Source: an uncultured Eubacteriales bacterium
Lineage (GTDB): Bacteria > Acidobacteriota > Aminicenantia > Aminicenantales > Aminicenantaceae
Assembly (NCBI GenBank): GCA_964449165.1
Contig: CAYVAT010000002.1
Coordinates: 53,436 to 117,435, forward strand
DNA length: 64,000 nucleotides
Direction: 5' to 3'
The translations under genes and the position numbers were made by a program. The notes beneath the pieces are model-generated. The model worked only from the letters and a program-made list of their open reading frames with translations. It was not told the origin of the DNA and did not search any database. The number at the start of each line of letters is the position of its first letter. Within the stretch, counting starts at the first letter, position 1. Of the stretch, positions 17,344-28,103 are shown one piece after another.

Positions 17344-19107
17344 TCAATCTTTTGTTTTTTTCAGTCCCAGCTCTTCGAGCTGTCTTTTATCAATTTCTGA
17401 GGGCGATCCGGTAAGAAGACAGAGAGCACTTGTGGTCTTGGGAAAAGGGATGACTTCTCTAATGGATTCCTCACCAGCAAGAATCATCACGATGCGGTCA
17501 AAACCCAAAGCTATTCCTCCATGAGGTGGGACTCCGTAACGGAGGGCTTCCAAGAAAAACCCAAACTTATTCTCCACCTCTTTTTCTTTCAAGCCGAGAA
17601 CCTTGAATATTTTCCTTTGAAGCTCCAAGCCATTGATTCGAATAGAGCCACCGCCAATCTCAACTCCGTTAAGGACCAGGTCGTAGGCTCTGGCTCTGAC
17701 CCGAAGAGGCTCCTTCTCCAAAAACAACTGATCTTCCTCATGAGGGGAGGTAAAGGGATGATGCATGGACACCAGGCGACGTTCCTCCTCGCTCCACTCG
17801 AAGAGCGGAAAATCCGTCACCCAGGCGAATTTGAAGATTTTCTCATTCCCTTGCTCCTGGGAGATGAATTCTTTCCTTATTTCCCCCAGAACCTTTAAAG
17901 CAATATCTTTCTCATCAGCCACCAGGAAGACCAAATCCTCCTTCCCTGCCTTAAGTTTTTTCCAGACGCGGTTCATGCCATCGGCAGCCATTTTCAGAGA
18001 AGACTTGAATCTATCTGTCTTTTTTATCCAGATTATTCCTTTGGCCCCCAATTCTTGTGCTTTCTGATTGATCTTATCCAGCCGGTTCCGGGAGAATGTG
18101 CCTCCTCCCCTCACCATCAATCCTTTCAGCACTCCGCCTGATGAGAGGGAGTCTCGGATGGTTTGAGAATCCAGGCTTAATCCCAGTTCTGTGAGATCAC
18201 GAATTTCCATCCCGTAGCGAAGATCTGGTTTATCTGTTCCATATTTTTCCGTGCTCTCCTGGTAGGTGAGTCTGGGAAAAGGCCGCTCAATCCGGGCTCC
18301 AACGAGCTCAAAAACAGCTGCCATCAATCCCTCATTCAGTCGAAAGATATCTTCTTCCTTGATGAAGCTCATCTCGATGTCGATCTGGGTAAACTCAGGC
18401 TGGCGGTCAGCTCTAAGATCTTCATCCCGGAAGCAGCGGACGATCTGAAAATAGCGGTCAAATCCAGCGATCATCAGGATTTGCTTGAAAAGCTGGGGCG
18501 ACTGAGGAAGGGCATAGAAGCGGCCCTTGTACATCCGGCTGGGAACCAGGTAATCCCTTGCCCCTTCAGGAGTGGATTTGGTCAAAAAAGGAGTCTCTAT
18601 TTCCAAAAATCCATTTTCGCTCAAGAAGTTGCGGACACAGAGAGCTGTCTGGTGGCGAAGCTTGATGTTGTGCTGCAGGGAGGGGCGCCTCATATCCAGA
18701 TACCTGTATTTGAACCGCAGCTCTTCTGAGGCTTGGGGAGGATCAGCTATCACAAAGGGAGGGACCTCGGCTATGCTCAGCAATTCTATATCATCTGCTT
18801 CAACCTCGACTTCTCCTGTAGGGAGATCGGGATTGCGAGCCTGCTGTGCCCGTCTCTTCACCACTCCCTTTACAGCTAATACATTTTCTCCCCTTATCTT
18901 CTTGGCCTCCTTGAGAAGCTTCTTGTTGCCGGATGGGAAGACCACCTGGATCATCCCTTCCCTGTCTCTCAGGTCGATAAAAACCAAATTCCCCAAGTCC
19001 CTGTGCCTGTGGACCCAGCCCATAAGGATCACCTCTTGACCCTCATGTTGCAGGCGGAGTTCACCGCAATAGGCTGTCCTCTGCCAGTCGGATTTTTTAG
19101 CTCCCAT
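17344..19107 (-). CDS. aspS: Aspartate--tRNA ligase
   Basis: GWVHRHRDLG, TPEGARDYLVPS, LPQSPQLFKQ, CFRDEDLRADRQPEFTQ, PPHGGIALG. Confidence 0.98.
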   Translation of the reverse strand: MGAKKSDWQRTAYCGELRLQHEGQEVILMGWVHRHRDLGNLVFIDLRDREGMIQVVFPSGNKKLLKEAKKIRGENVLAVKGVVKRRAQQARNPDLPTGEVEVEADDIELLSIAEVPPFVIADPPQASEELRFKYRYLDMRRPSLQHNIKLRHQTALCVRNFLSENGFLEIETPFLTKSTPEGARDYLVPSRMYKGRFYALPQSPQLFKQILMIAGFDRYFQIVRCFRDEDLRADRQPEFTQIDIEMSFIKEEDIFRLNEGLMAAVFELVGARIERPFPRLTYQESTEKYGTDKPDLRYGMEIRDLTELGLSLDSQTIRDSLSSGGVLKGLMVRGGGTFSRNRLDKINQKAQELGAKGIIWIKKTDRFKSSLKMAADGMNRVWKKLKAGKEDLVFLVADEKDIALKVLGEIRKEFISQEQGNEKIFKFAWVTDFPLFEWSEEERRLVSMHHPFTSPHEEDQLFLEKEPLRVRARAYDLVLNGVEIGGGSIRINGLELQRKIFKVLGLKEKEVENKFGFFLEALRYGVPPHGGIALGFDRIVMILAGEESIREVIPFPKTTSALCLLTGSPSEIDKRQLEELGLKKTKD

Positions 19108-19117
19108 GTGTTCCTTT

Positions 19118-20380
19118 CTACGGCGAAGATGACGATTCTTGGCGGATAATGTCCGGAATCTCCTCTTGGCTGACTCCTCTCTGCTCCCCTGTGGCCATGT
19201 TTTTCAACTGGTATCTTCCTTTCTCAAGCTCCTCTTCGCCAACGATCAGGACCCAGCTTGCGCCCAATTTATTGGCCCGGCCCATCTGGCTCCTGATGCT
19301 CCTCTTCTTGTATTCCATCAGACATTCGATTCCTTCCCGGCGCAGAAAGCGGGTCAGGGCCATCCCTTGCCTCTGAGCCTCCTGACCCAGGAAGGCCAAG
19401 TATACAAAATTCTCATCTTCTTTGATAACAGGGACAAGAGAAAGAAGCCTTTCCATCCCCAAGGCAAACCCGATAGCGCACGTATCAGGGCCACCAAATT
19501 CTTTCATCATATCATCATACCTTCCTCCCCCAAGGATGGCATCCTGAGCGCCCAGTTTGGAGGAGATGATTTCGAAAGTGGTTCTGGTGTAATAGTCTAT
19601 CCCTCGAACCAAGCGTGGCTCGATGGCATAAACGATGTTGTAAAAATCCAGATAAGAAAGGAATCGGCGGAAGTGTTCCTTACATTCCGGACAAAGATAG
19701 TCTGTAATTTTGGGGAATTTCTGGGAGACTTCCTGGCAGGTCTCCACTTTACAGTCAAATATTCTCAACGGATTGGTGAAGATCTTTCTCTGGCAGTCCG
19801 CACACAGGGTCTCTCTTGTTTTCTCCGCCTCCACTTTTAATTCCGCAAGGTAAGAGGGGCGACACTTCCTGCAGCCGACAGAATTGACCAGGATCTGCCG
19901 ATCAGCCACATCTAGAACTTCCAGCAGATAATCTCCCATCTCTACGATCTCGGCATCGACTGCAGGATCTTCCTCTCCGAAGACTTCGATGTCCATCTGA
20001 TGAAACTGGCGGTAGCGCCCCTTCTGAGGCTTGTCGTAGCGGAACATAGGCCCGATAAAGTAAAACCGTAACGATTGGGGTTTGAGGTAGAGTCTGTGTT
20101 CGATGATGGAACGGACAACCGAAGGCGTGTACTCAGGCCGCAGCGTCAGGGATCGACCTCCTTTGTCCCTGAAGGTGTACATCTCCTTGATAACGATGTC
20201 AGACGTCTGTCCAGTCCCTTTCTCAAAAAGCTGTGTGGCTTCAAAGACAGGAGTCCTTATTTCCCTGTACCCGTAGAGCTCAAAAATGCGTTTGGCTACG
20301 GCTTCCACATACTGCCATTTTCTGGCCTCTCGAGGAAGGATATCTTTGGTGCCCTTGATGGAAGAGACCTCTTCTTTCAT
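19118..20380 (-). CDS. hisS: Histidine--tRNA ligase
   Basis: [46 protein letters not shown]. Confidence 0.98.
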   Translation of the reverse strand: MKEEVSSIKGTKDILPREARKWQYVEAVAKRIFELYGYREIRTPVFEATQLFEKGTGQTSDIVIKEMYTFRDKGGRSLTLRPEYTPSVVRSIIEHRLYLKPQSLRFYFIGPMFRYDKPQKGRYRQFHQMDIEVFGEEDPAVDAEIVEMGDYLLEVLDVADRQILVNSVGCRKCRPSYLAELKVEAEKTRETLCADCQRKIFTNPLRIFDCKVETCQEVSQKFPKITDYLCPECKEHFRRFLSYLDFYNIVYAIEPRLVRGIDYYTRTTFEIISSKLGAQDAILGGGRYDDMMKEFGGPDTCAIGFALGMERLLSLVPVIKEDENFVYLAFLGQEAQRQGMALTRFLRREGIECLMEYKKRSIRSQMGRANKLGASWVLIVGEEELEKGRYQLKNMATGEQRGVSQEEIPDIIRQESSSSP

Positions 20381-21333
20381 TTTTCCTCAAAAATTCCAAT
20401 CTTTCGGTATTTCTTATATCTCTCTTTTATCCGCTGTTCCGGAGTTTTCTGTTCCAATTTCTTCAAGATCAGGCTCAGGTGTTTGTTTACATTCTTGAAT
20501 GTCTGTTCAGGATCGACATGTGCCCCTCCAGGCGGCTCGGGAATAATCTTGTCGATTATGCCCAAATCCATCAGATCCTGAGCCCGGATTTTCAGGTTCT
20601 CTGCGGCTTTAGCCGCCGCACTCTGATCCCTCCACAGGATCGCCGCACATCCTTCAGGAGAGATGACCGAATAGAAGGAATTTTCCAGCATTAAAATCGC
20701 GTCTCCGACACCTATAGCCAGGGCCCCTCCACTTCCACCCTCTCCGATGACGACATTGACAATCGGAATCTGCAGTTTGGAAATCTCCTTTAAATTGTAG
20801 GCGATCGCTTCTGCCTGGCCCCGTTCTTCTGCCTCTATGCCTGGATAAGCTCCTGGCGTGTCGATCAGGGTAACGACCGGAAATCCGTACTTCTCGGCCA
20901 GCTTCATCACCCGAAGGGCTTTCCGGTAGCCCTCGGGTGCAGGCTGAGCGAAGTTGCGATCGATTCTCTCTCTCGTTGTGCGTCCTTTCTGATGGCCGAT
21001 GAAAGCCGTTGTCAGCCCTTTGTAAAAACCAAATCCGGCGACTATAGCAGGATCATCAGCTGCTCGACGGTCGCCGTGCAGCTCCATGAAATCGTTAGTG
21101 ATATAGCCTATATAATCAAGAGTGTAAGGCCTCTGGGGATGTCGGGCAATTTGTACGATATGCAAAGGAGTCAGCCGAGGCTTGATTTGTTCCCATTCTT
21201 TCTCGATCTCTGCCTGGAGTTGGGCAATCCTTTCCTTCTGATTCTCCTCCTCACTCTCCTTAATTTTATCTATTTCTTCTTTGAGGAGTAGAATTCTTTC
21301 CTCTAATTTGTAAAAGTCTTTCCCTTTATTCAT
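20377..21333 (-). CDS. accA: Acetyl-CoA carboxylase carboxyltransferase alpha
   Basis: [57 protein letters not shown]. Confidence 0.97.
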   Translation of the reverse strand: MNKGKDFYKLEERILLLKEEIDKIKESEEENQKERIAQLQAEIEKEWEQIKPRLTPLHIVQIARHPQRPYTLDYIGYITNDFMELHGDRRAADDPAIVAGFGFYKGLTTAFIGHQKGRTTRERIDRNFAQPAPEGYRKALRVMKLAEKYGFPVVTLIDTPGAYPGIEAEERGQAEAIAYNLKEISKLQIPIVNVVIGEGGSGGALAIGVGDAILMLENSFYSVISPEGCAAILWRDQSAAAKAAENLKIRAQDLMDLGIIDKIIPEPPGGAHVDPEQTFKNVNKHLSLILKKLEQKTPEQRIKERYKKYRKIGIFEEK

Positions 21334-21546
21334 CTGCTCAAGACTTTAAGAATTTTACCAGACTATTCTATAGACATGCTCAAGACGATGTCAAGTGTCT
21401 TTAAACAGGTAAATTTTTCTAATTTATTGATAATAAATAAATTGTTAGCTCTGAAGCCTCTCTTCAACCTAAAATACTGGCAACAGTTCTATCTTGGGGA
21501 GGGAAAAAACCGTTTGAAATACTTGGAGTAAAAACTTAGGAATTTT

Positions 21547-21738
21547 CTAACTCTTACCTTCTAGAAAAGCGACAAGGTCTTCTTCATTGACCCACCACCG
21601 TCTTCCAATCTTCTGAGCCTTGATTTTCCCTGATTGTACCAACTTCAAAGCTGTCACCTTGGAGATTTGGAGCTTCTCCTGGATGTCTTTCAAGGAGTAC
21701 TGATAGATAATTTTGCTTCCTAACCAGATAGATCTCAT
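21547..21738 (-). CDS. Excisionase-like (HTH_17/MerR-type) small DNA-binding protein
   Basis: YSLKDIQEKLQISKVTALKLVQSGKIKAQKIGRRWWVNEEDL pattern; upstream TTGACA-N16-TAATAT. Confidence 0.8.
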   Translation of the reverse strand: MRSIWLGSKIIYQYSLKDIQEKLQISKVTALKLVQSGKIKAQKIGRRWWVNEEDLVAFLEGKS

Positions 21739-21898
21739 TTATTTATTCTTAAATATACTTTTATTTTCTTTATTATATTAAAATATACCAACCTACTGTC
21801 AAGTTATTTCTTAAAGAAGTATGCATCCCTATTTTAAATTGCTGCCCCTTGTCCTCTGGAAAACAGGAATTTTTACAATAAATAAGATTATGTGCTTT

Positions 21899-22564
21899 TT
21901 AGAAGCCAGTTTTTAGCACTTCCAATTTTTGTGCAGGGATGAGAACGGCCTTAAGGTCTCCTTGACTATCTGTCTGTAACTCAATCTTTATGCCTCCAAG
22001 CTTCATCATAAGCGAGCAAGGTGCTCCTTCTTGGGATTCGAGTGTAAAGGGAACCTCAAGTTGAGGAATGATGTAGGCTGAAAGAGAGGCTTTTTCCTCA
22101 AGATCACAACGATATTTCTTGGTCAAAACTAGATAGGGAGAAAATATGGGATTGGGCAGAAGGAAGGCATCTCTTCTCACATCGGCAGTGCTCCGACTTT
22201 CCTGCCCCCCAACCACTATTGTATTTTCGACATGGCCCTCTCTAATCGAACTCGAAATATGTTGTTCAACACCATTTACCGATCCTTCGAATGAGAAAGA
22301 GCTGGCGATAAAATTCTTGTCCAGGCGAATCACCAGCTCCTCAATCTCCATCGAGAGAGGCTTTGTCATCCGGCCTTTGACTGTGAGCAGATAACCTATT
22401 TCATCTTCCTGCCACGTATACTCCTCATAACCGACCTTCTCTTCCATAAAGTAGAGGGAAAACACCCCTATCTCGGATTTCTCTTTGCCCTGCGCAGAAA
22501 AGAGAAAGAAAAAAAGCAATAACAAGACAAGAAGAAAGAAGAGGAAGAGAATTTTCTTGGACAT
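21899..22564 (-). CDS. Exported hypothetical protein (beta-rich, DUF3108/DUF6134-like)
   Basis: Signal peptide, 221 aa, last gene of the ECF-anti-sigma-YbjQ operon. The family guess is weak. Confidence 0.7.
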   Translation of the reverse strand: MSKKILFLFFLLVLLLLFFFLFSAQGKEKSEIGVFSLYFMEEKVGYEEYTWQEDEIGYLLTVKGRMTKPLSMEIEELVIRLDKNFIASSFSFEGSVNGVEQHISSSIREGHVENTIVVGGQESRSTADVRRDAFLLPNPIFSPYLVLTKKYRCDLEEKASLSAYIIPQLEVPFTLESQEGAPCSLMMKLGGIKIELQTDSQGDLKAVLIPAQKLEVLKTGF

Positions 22565-22585
22565 CTCGAGCTTCTTCTCTATCTC

Positions 22586-22900
22586 TTATTCGACGATAAC
22601 AGCTGTCCCGAAGGCCAAAATTTCAGAGGCACTCTGCATGATCATCGAGGTGGTGAAGCGGACATTGAGGACGGCATTGGCTCCCAAGCTCTCTGCTTCC
22701 TGGATCATCCGGTCGAGGGCCTGCTCTCTGGCTTCAGCCATCATCTTGGTGTAATCACGAATCTCTCCTCCCACTATGTTCCGCAAAAAAGCTAAAATAT
22801 CATGTCCCAGATGACGGCCCCGGATTGTATTTCCTCGGACGAGACCCAGATTTTTTTTTATCTTCTTCCCTGGAACAAAATCCGTGGTCACCAGAATCAT
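22586..22900 (-). CDS. YbjQ / UPF0145 family protein
   Basis: MILVTTD..PG, GGEIRDYTKMMAEAREQALDRM, GANAV, FGTAV. Confidence 0.95.
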   Translation of the reverse strand: MILVTTDFVPGKKIKKNLGLVRGNTIRGRHLGHDILAFLRNIVGGEIRDYTKMMAEAREQALDRMIQEAESLGANAVLNVRFTTSMIMQSASEILAFGTAVIVE

Positions 22901-23343
22901 TTTTCAACCTCCTTATACCTTTCCCTTTTGCGTACAAAAAGCCGCTCCCTAAGGAGAGAAACCAGTAAAACCGCGATTCCTGCCATAGATGCCAGAATCC
23001 CCACCTTCAGGAGGAGGGGAGTGGCCGGGTCGTGTATAATCCCTTCCACTGCTTTGTAACCGCCGAAAAAGAGTAGAATGATCGCTCCGAGGGAGAGCAG
23101 AATCCAGCCTATTCTCCTTTCAAGGCGGTTGTAGACGGAGGTCCAATAAACCTGCCAGACTTCCTTAGGTGCTTTTTTTAGCTCCATCTTGCTCATTACT
23201 TCCTCCAATTTTCCCATTTCCTCGAATTCCTTGCGGCATTCCGGACATTCATCAAGATGTCTCTTCAATGTCCTTCTTTTCTCCTCATCCAACTCACCAT
23301 CATAATAAGAGGAAATGAGTTCTTTGATCTTTTGATGTTCCAT
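22897..23343 (-). CDS. Zinc-finger (zf-HC2) anti-sigma factor with two TM helices
   Basis: LISSYYDGEL, HLDECPECR (HxxxCxxC), followed by two hydrophobic segments. Confidence 0.9.
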   Translation of the reverse strand: MEHQKIKELISSYYDGELDEEKRRTLKRHLDECPECRKEFEEMGKLEEVMSKMELKKAPKEVWQVYWTSVYNRLERRIGWILLSLGAIILLFFGGYKAVEGIIHDPATPLLLKVGILASMAGIAVLLVSLLRERLFVRKRERYKEVEK

Positions 23344-23348
23344 TCAAA

Positions 23349-23963
23349 TCACCTAAGATTTTTCTGTTCTGAGCCCAAGTATTTAGCCATGATTTCCTTG
23401 AGTTTTCTCTTGGCATAATAAAGAGAGGACATGACCGATCCAATGGGCTTACCTATCATCTCTGAAATTTCCCGATAGGAAAGTTGTTGGAAATAACGAA
23501 GGACTATGACTTCCCTCTGCTCAAAGGGAAGCTCGGTAATGGCCTTCCCGAGTGCCTCCCGAATTTCTGCATTCTGTCTTTCATCCTGGGAAGCCTCAGT
23601 TCCTTCCAGGGGAACTTCGCTGCGTTTCTTCTTCTTCCTTAAGTAATCGAGACAAAGGTTCTTCATCAGCTTGTAGAACCAGGGAAAGAAAGCTTTCTCT
23701 GTATCAAATCTTTTGATCTTACGGAAGGCTTTGATGAAAGCCTCTTGAGAAAGGTCAAGGGCATCCTGGTGGTTATGAACAAAACCGAGGGTGATATAAT
23801 AGGCCGACTTCATGTATTTTTTGACGATTTCGCCATAAGCTTCTCTGTTTCCCTTCTTGACCAGTTCAAGGATTTCTCTCTCAGAGAGGATTTTTTCTGC
23901 TTTCATTTCAACCCATACACCACATAACTGGGACTTTCTTTCCATGGCTCGCTCTCTGGCCAT
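23349..23963 (-). CDS. ECF sigma factor (likely start ~23906)
   Basis: DALDLSQEAFIKAF, FFPWFYKLMKNLCLDYLR, LPFEQREVIVLRY, IGSVMSSLYYAKRKL. Confidence 0.93.
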   Translation of the reverse strand: MARERAMERKSQLCGVWVEMKAEKILSEREILELVKKGNREAYGEIVKKYMKSAYYITLGFVHNHQDALDLSQEAFIKAFRKIKRFDTEKAFFPWFYKLMKNLCLDYLRKKKKRSEVPLEGTEASQDERQNAEIREALGKAITELPFEQREVIVLRYFQQLSYREISEMIGKPIGSVMSSLYYAKRKLKEIMAKYLGSEQKNLR

Positions 23964-24009
23964 CTTTTCTCTTCTCCGTTTACTACTACTGTCTCTCTAG
24001 CGGATTTAT

Positions 24010-24756
24010 TCATCTTTCTCTCTTTGTCATCCTCTGCCTGACAACCTCATAGAAAAAAACCGATGCAGCCGAAGCCACGTTGAGCGAAGTGATCTGCCCG
24101 AGAAGAGGGATGGAGAGAATCTTATCACATTTTTTTTTCACTAATGGTCTGAGTCCCTTCCCTTCGGAACCGAAGACCAAAGCGATGGGAAGGGTGAAGT
24201 CAAACTCATACCAAAATTCCGGTCTCCCTCCTTCTGTTCCCACGATCCATAATCCCTTCTTTTTTAAATCATCCATGGTTTGAGCCAAATTCTTCACTCT
24301 GGTTACCTTGATATGCTCCAATGCTCCCGCTGAAACAGAACGGACAACTTCTGTCAGACCCACGGACCTTCTTTCGGGAAGAACTATGCTATCCACTCCA
24401 GAGCCTTCCGCAGAACGGATAATGGCTCCCAAATTCTGGGGGTCCTCGACTCCATCAAGCAGAACAAGGAAGGAAACTTTCGAGGAAGCCAGGATGACTG
24501 AAAATGGAGTGTACTCTTTTGCCGCAACAAACGCCACCGCCCCCTGGTGGTTCCGATCAATCCGGTCAAGGCTTTTCCTGGGGACAAAGAGAATTGGGAT
24601 GTCATTGATCCTTGCTTCCCGGATGAGCTCGCCCAATCTTGCGGGCCCTTTCTCCTTCTGAATCCATATCTTGTTTATACGCAGGGGAGATCGGCGGGCT
24701 GCTTCCAATAGGGAATTGAGGCGGCTGATCCTATCCAATTCTTTATTGGTTTTCAC
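24010..24756 (-). CDS. rlmB: 23S rRNA (G2251-2'-O)-methyltransferase RlmB (SPOUT)
   Basis: NHQGAVA, LDGVEDPQNLGAIIRSA, GSEGKGL, TSLNVASAA. Confidence 0.95.
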   Translation of the reverse strand: MKTNKELDRISRLNSLLEAARRSPLRINKIWIQKEKGPARLGELIREARINDIPILFVPRKSLDRIDRNHQGAVAFVAAKEYTPFSVILASSKVSFLVLLDGVEDPQNLGAIIRSAEGSGVDSIVLPERRSVGLTEVVRSVSAGALEHIKVTRVKNLAQTMDDLKKKGLWIVGTEGGRPEFWYEFDFTLPIALVFGSEGKGLRPLVKKKCDKILSIPLLGQITSLNVASAASVFFYEVVRQRMTKRER

Positions 24757-24865
24757 AGTTTTTATTTACGATATAATCTATATCACAACCGAGGAACATT
24801 TCAAATGATCAACACTATGGAAAAGACATTCTGGAATGAAGATGCTATCGGCAATAAAGTTCCGC

Positions 24866-26125
24866 TTAAAAATATACTCTAAAAGATGAAAAATAAATGT
24901 CAGGATAGCCGCCGAACTCTGACCGGAATCTTTCTCCCAAAAAGGGCGCTTTTGGATCATAAACTTCGGGTCTCTTTCCAATACCGATAAAAGCACCGGC
25001 AGACAGATATATATTAGGGGAAATGTTATACTCCACATGCGGAGCAAGGAAGAGTGAAGGATCGATAAGATTGATCAAAGCCTGACCGCTGAATGTGATA
25101 AGAGGCGAAACCTGGTAGCTAATACCAGGAATGAGATAATGCTTGCCCATTAGATAAACCGCTCCCTCCAGCCTTCCTGGTTTTAAAATATTCAGCAGAT
25201 AATCTTGCCATCGATTCGTTCCTGCACTACTAAAGTGATACTCCAAGAATCCGTAGGTCTTTCCGCTGAAGCTGTAATCCAACCCTATGGTGGCCCGCAC
25301 ATAATTATCCGCTTCTGGCTCCTTTTCCTTCCTAAAAGCATCGACGAACACATAAGCTCCTTCAAACCAGAATCCTGCTCCGCCAAGAGAGCGGGAGATA
25401 TCCCAACCCGCCATCAAGTTTTCCGCAAATCCCAGGAACAAAAAAGAGAAATCTGTTTCTGCGGCGTAGAATTTGCCGCGTATATAAAAAGCGCTCTTTT
25501 TGAACTTGAAGTCTTTACCGAAGATATAGCCTGAATCCATCTCCCCCATGAAGCCGAGAGGGATCCGGACCCTGACGGCGTCTACTCCTACACGATCTTC
25601 CGCATCCAGCTCATCGAAAGTAAAGGGAGCCACGATATCTGTGGGATTGATAACCCGAGAACTTCCCCAGGCGATGGCCTGTCTGCCGATGAAAATGTCT
25701 GCAGCAGCAGTTCTTATTGTCAAAAAGGCCCGGTCAAGGTTTTGAAGAATAACGAAACTTCTCGGTTCATCCTGTTCAGGATACAGCCTCTGGCGAAAAT
25801 CTTTAAAACGGTAGCGAAAAAGATCAACCTGAGCCACAATCAGGCTCTCCTCAGAAAAAGCAGGATCCTGGATCCGGGGAAGAACATTGTATGAGAGCGA
25901 GAAGGATAGCCATTCATTGGGATCATAAAAAAAGTTCAGCCTCAGCCGGTTGCTAACCATTCCCATGGGATTATCAGAAGATGTGGCTATCGAAGAATGA
26001 ACCACAGCCGGAGGATCAAAGACCACAAAAAAATTTTTATAGTAGCCGGTGAGGGAAAAATGACTGCCGAATGCAGGAACCCCTCCTAAGAGCAAAAAAA
26101 GAAAGAGAAGGGCATACTTTTTCAT
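24866..26125 (-). CDS. Outer-membrane barrel-like protein associated with the FtsX-type ABC operon
   Basis: Signal peptide; LDRAFL, IGRQAIAWG, NPTDIV, RVGVDA; C-terminal FSSFRVYF. Confidence 0.75.
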   Translation of the reverse strand: MKKYALLFLFLLLGGVPAFGSHFSLTGYYKNFFVVFDPPAVVHSSIATSSDNPMGMVSNRLRLNFFYDPNEWLSFSLSYNVLPRIQDPAFSEESLIVAQVDLFRYRFKDFRQRLYPEQDEPRSFVILQNLDRAFLTIRTAAADIFIGRQAIAWGSSRVINPTDIVAPFTFDELDAEDRVGVDAVRVRIPLGFMGEMDSGYIFGKDFKFKKSAFYIRGKFYAAETDFSFLFLGFAENLMAGWDISRSLGGAGFWFEGAYVFVDAFRKEKEPEADNYVRATIGLDYSFSGKTYGFLEYHFSSAGTNRWQDYLLNILKPGRLEGAVYLMGKHYLIPGISYQVSPLITFSGQALINLIDPSLFLAPHVEYNISPNIYLSAGAFIGIGKRPEVYDPKAPFLGERFRSEFGGYPDIYFSSFRVYF

Positions 26126-26149
26126 GGAAGAGAATGAGTATTTTCTGTA

Positions 26150-26854
26150 TCAGTCCCTGAGTTCATCGCTTGTCACCTGACCGTCCCGAAGGGAAATCAA
26201 CCGCCTGGCCTTCCTCATTACAGTATGATCATGGGTAGAAAAGATAAAGGTCATCCCGGTTTTCTCATTCAGTTCCCGCATCATGTCCACCAGGGCTCCT
26301 CCGGTCTTAGAATCAAGGTTGGCTGTGGGCTCATCAGCCAGAATCAGGGCTGGCTGGGAGACCATGGCCCGGGCGATAGCCACCCGCTGTTGCTGTCCTC
26401 CAGAAAGTTGAGGCGGCCGGCGTCCCTCGAATCCTTCCAATCCCACATCCTTCAAGATTTTCATCACCCGTTCATGCCTTTCCTCCTTGGACACTCCCTG
26501 AAGGAGCATGATGTATTCGATATTCTCTTCTACTGTCAAAACAGGAATCAGGTTGTATGCTTGGAATATGAATCCGATGTTGTCCCGGCGAAAATCAGAA
26601 AGTTCCCGGGCATTCATCTCGGAGAGAAGCTGACCTCGCAGCCACACCTTCCCCTCCGTGGCTTTATCCAGGCCAGATATGATGTTGAGGAAAGTAGTTT
26701 TGCCTGACCCGGAGGGACCCACGATGGCGGCGAATTCTCCGGATCGGATGGCCAAATCCACTCCTCTTACAGCAGGGACAGGCACGCCTTCATCGGAATA
26801 AGTCTTGGTCAGGCCTTCTGTGACGATGATATTTCCGTTTTTGCCTTCATTCAT
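26150..26854 (-). CDS. ABC transporter ATP-binding protein (LolD/MacB-NBD family)
   Basis: GPSGSGKTT, LSGGQQQRVAIARA, ILADEPTANLD. Confidence 0.96.
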   Translation of the reverse strand: MNEGKNGNIIVTEGLTKTYSDEGVPVPAVRGVDLAIRSGEFAAIVGPSGSGKTTFLNIISGLDKATEGKVWLRGQLLSEMNARELSDFRRDNIGFIFQAYNLIPVLTVEENIEYIMLLQGVSKEERHERVMKILKDVGLEGFEGRRPPQLSGGQQQRVAIARAMVSQPALILADEPTANLDSKTGGALVDMMRELNEKTGMTFIFSTHDHTVMRKARRLISLRDGQVTSDELRD

Positions 26855-26864
26855 TTTTCTCTCC

Positions 26865-28094
26865 TTACATGCTTTTCCTCATGGCATCAGCCGGGATGAT
26901 TCTGGCCGCATAGACAGCGGGATAGATTCCGGCAATTTCTGTAAAAACAAAAACCCAGAAAGGATAGAAAATAAACTGTTTGAGCTTCAATACAGGATAG
27001 AGCAACTCACGGAAAGTTATCCCAGCAAACTCTATTCCCGTGTAGTTTATTCCCACCTTTGAGGTGATGTAAGTGATGAGAAAGCCCAGCATGATCCCGA
27101 TTCCTATACTCAAAACAGACAAGGCTCCGGCCTCAAAGATGATCAACCGGGCAATCCCGAAAGGTCTGGTGCCTACAGCCCGCAGAACACCGAATTCAAA
27201 CATGCGCTCATGCAGGGACATGAACAGGGTATTGATGATCCCCAGGGCCACCACCCCGAAGAGAATAAGGCCAACGATATAGGTGCTGAATGAGGATATC
27301 TCCAAAGCTCCCTTCAATTGGGGAAGAATATCTGTCCATCCTTCAGCATTATTGCCGTACTGGGAGTATTTCTTCCAGAAAGGCAGGTTTTCATCCTGGC
27401 CAAATTGGGGATCCGTGAAATTGATGGCGATTTCATGAACATTATTTCCTATGCCCAGCATCTGCTGCGCCTTCTCCAGGCGAACAAAGGCCATTCCTCG
27501 ATCCATCTCCCGGACGTTGAAATGATAAATCCCTGAAACCCGGAACATCTCTTGAGAAAGGTCTCCAGTCTCTGCCTGAGCAACTGTAATCACTATCCGA
27601 TCATCGAGTCCAACCTCCAGGATTTCAGCCAGCTTGCTGCCTATAATGATATTCCTCCTGGTTCCTTCTTTAAAATAAGACCCCTCCTTGAGAGCCTCAT
27701 CGATTTGAGAAAGATAGCGTTCAGTGGAAGGAGCCACTCCAACCAGATTTACGGCACTCATGTTGGAAGCAGAATTGATCATAGCAAAGCTCATAACACG
27801 GAGCGTGAAATGTTTGACAATGGTTTCTTGCTTTAGGTTTGACACAACCCAGTCCAGCCTGTTTATGGTTTTTTCCACCTCCTGAGTTTTCCGGAATCCT
27901 TCTCTGTGAATCTGCCCTTCCCCCAGAAATGAAGAGGTTGCGGAATGAATCATATTCCTCTCCATCCCGATGACCAAGGCATCCACAAAGATCAAAGAGG
28001 CCAGGCCGATCCCGATGGCTGTCCCCGCTATGAAGGAGCGTCTCTTGTTACGAAAAATGTTTCGCCAAGCCAGCTTGATGAACGTCCAGATCAC
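26865..28094 (-). CDS. ABC permease (FtsX/LolE-like)
   Basis: LAWRNIFRNKRRS, INTLFMSLHERMFEFGVLRAVG, PADAMR. Confidence 0.93.
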   Translation of the reverse strand: MIWTFIKLAWRNIFRNKRRSFIAGTAIGIGLASLIFVDALVIGMERNMIHSATSSFLGEGQIHREGFRKTQEVEKTINRLDWVVSNLKQETIVKHFTLRVMSFAMINSASNMSAVNLVGVAPSTERYLSQIDEALKEGSYFKEGTRRNIIIGSKLAEILEVGLDDRIVITVAQAETGDLSQEMFRVSGIYHFNVREMDRGMAFVRLEKAQQMLGIGNNVHEIAINFTDPQFGQDENLPFWKKYSQYGNNAEGWTDILPQLKGALEISSFSTYIVGLILFGVVALGIINTLFMSLHERMFEFGVLRAVGTRPFGIARLIIFEAGALSVLSIGIGIMLGFLITYITSKVGINYTGIEFAGITFRELLYPVLKLKQFIFYPFWVFVFTEIAGIYPAVYAARIIPADAMRKSM

Positions 28095-28103
28095 TTCTTT
28101 CCT

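Noticed and set aside
23979-23992. tactactact triplet run as DnaA-trios
   Set aside because: It is far from the DnaA-box cluster, has no adjacent box, and lies in an ordinary short intergenic gap.
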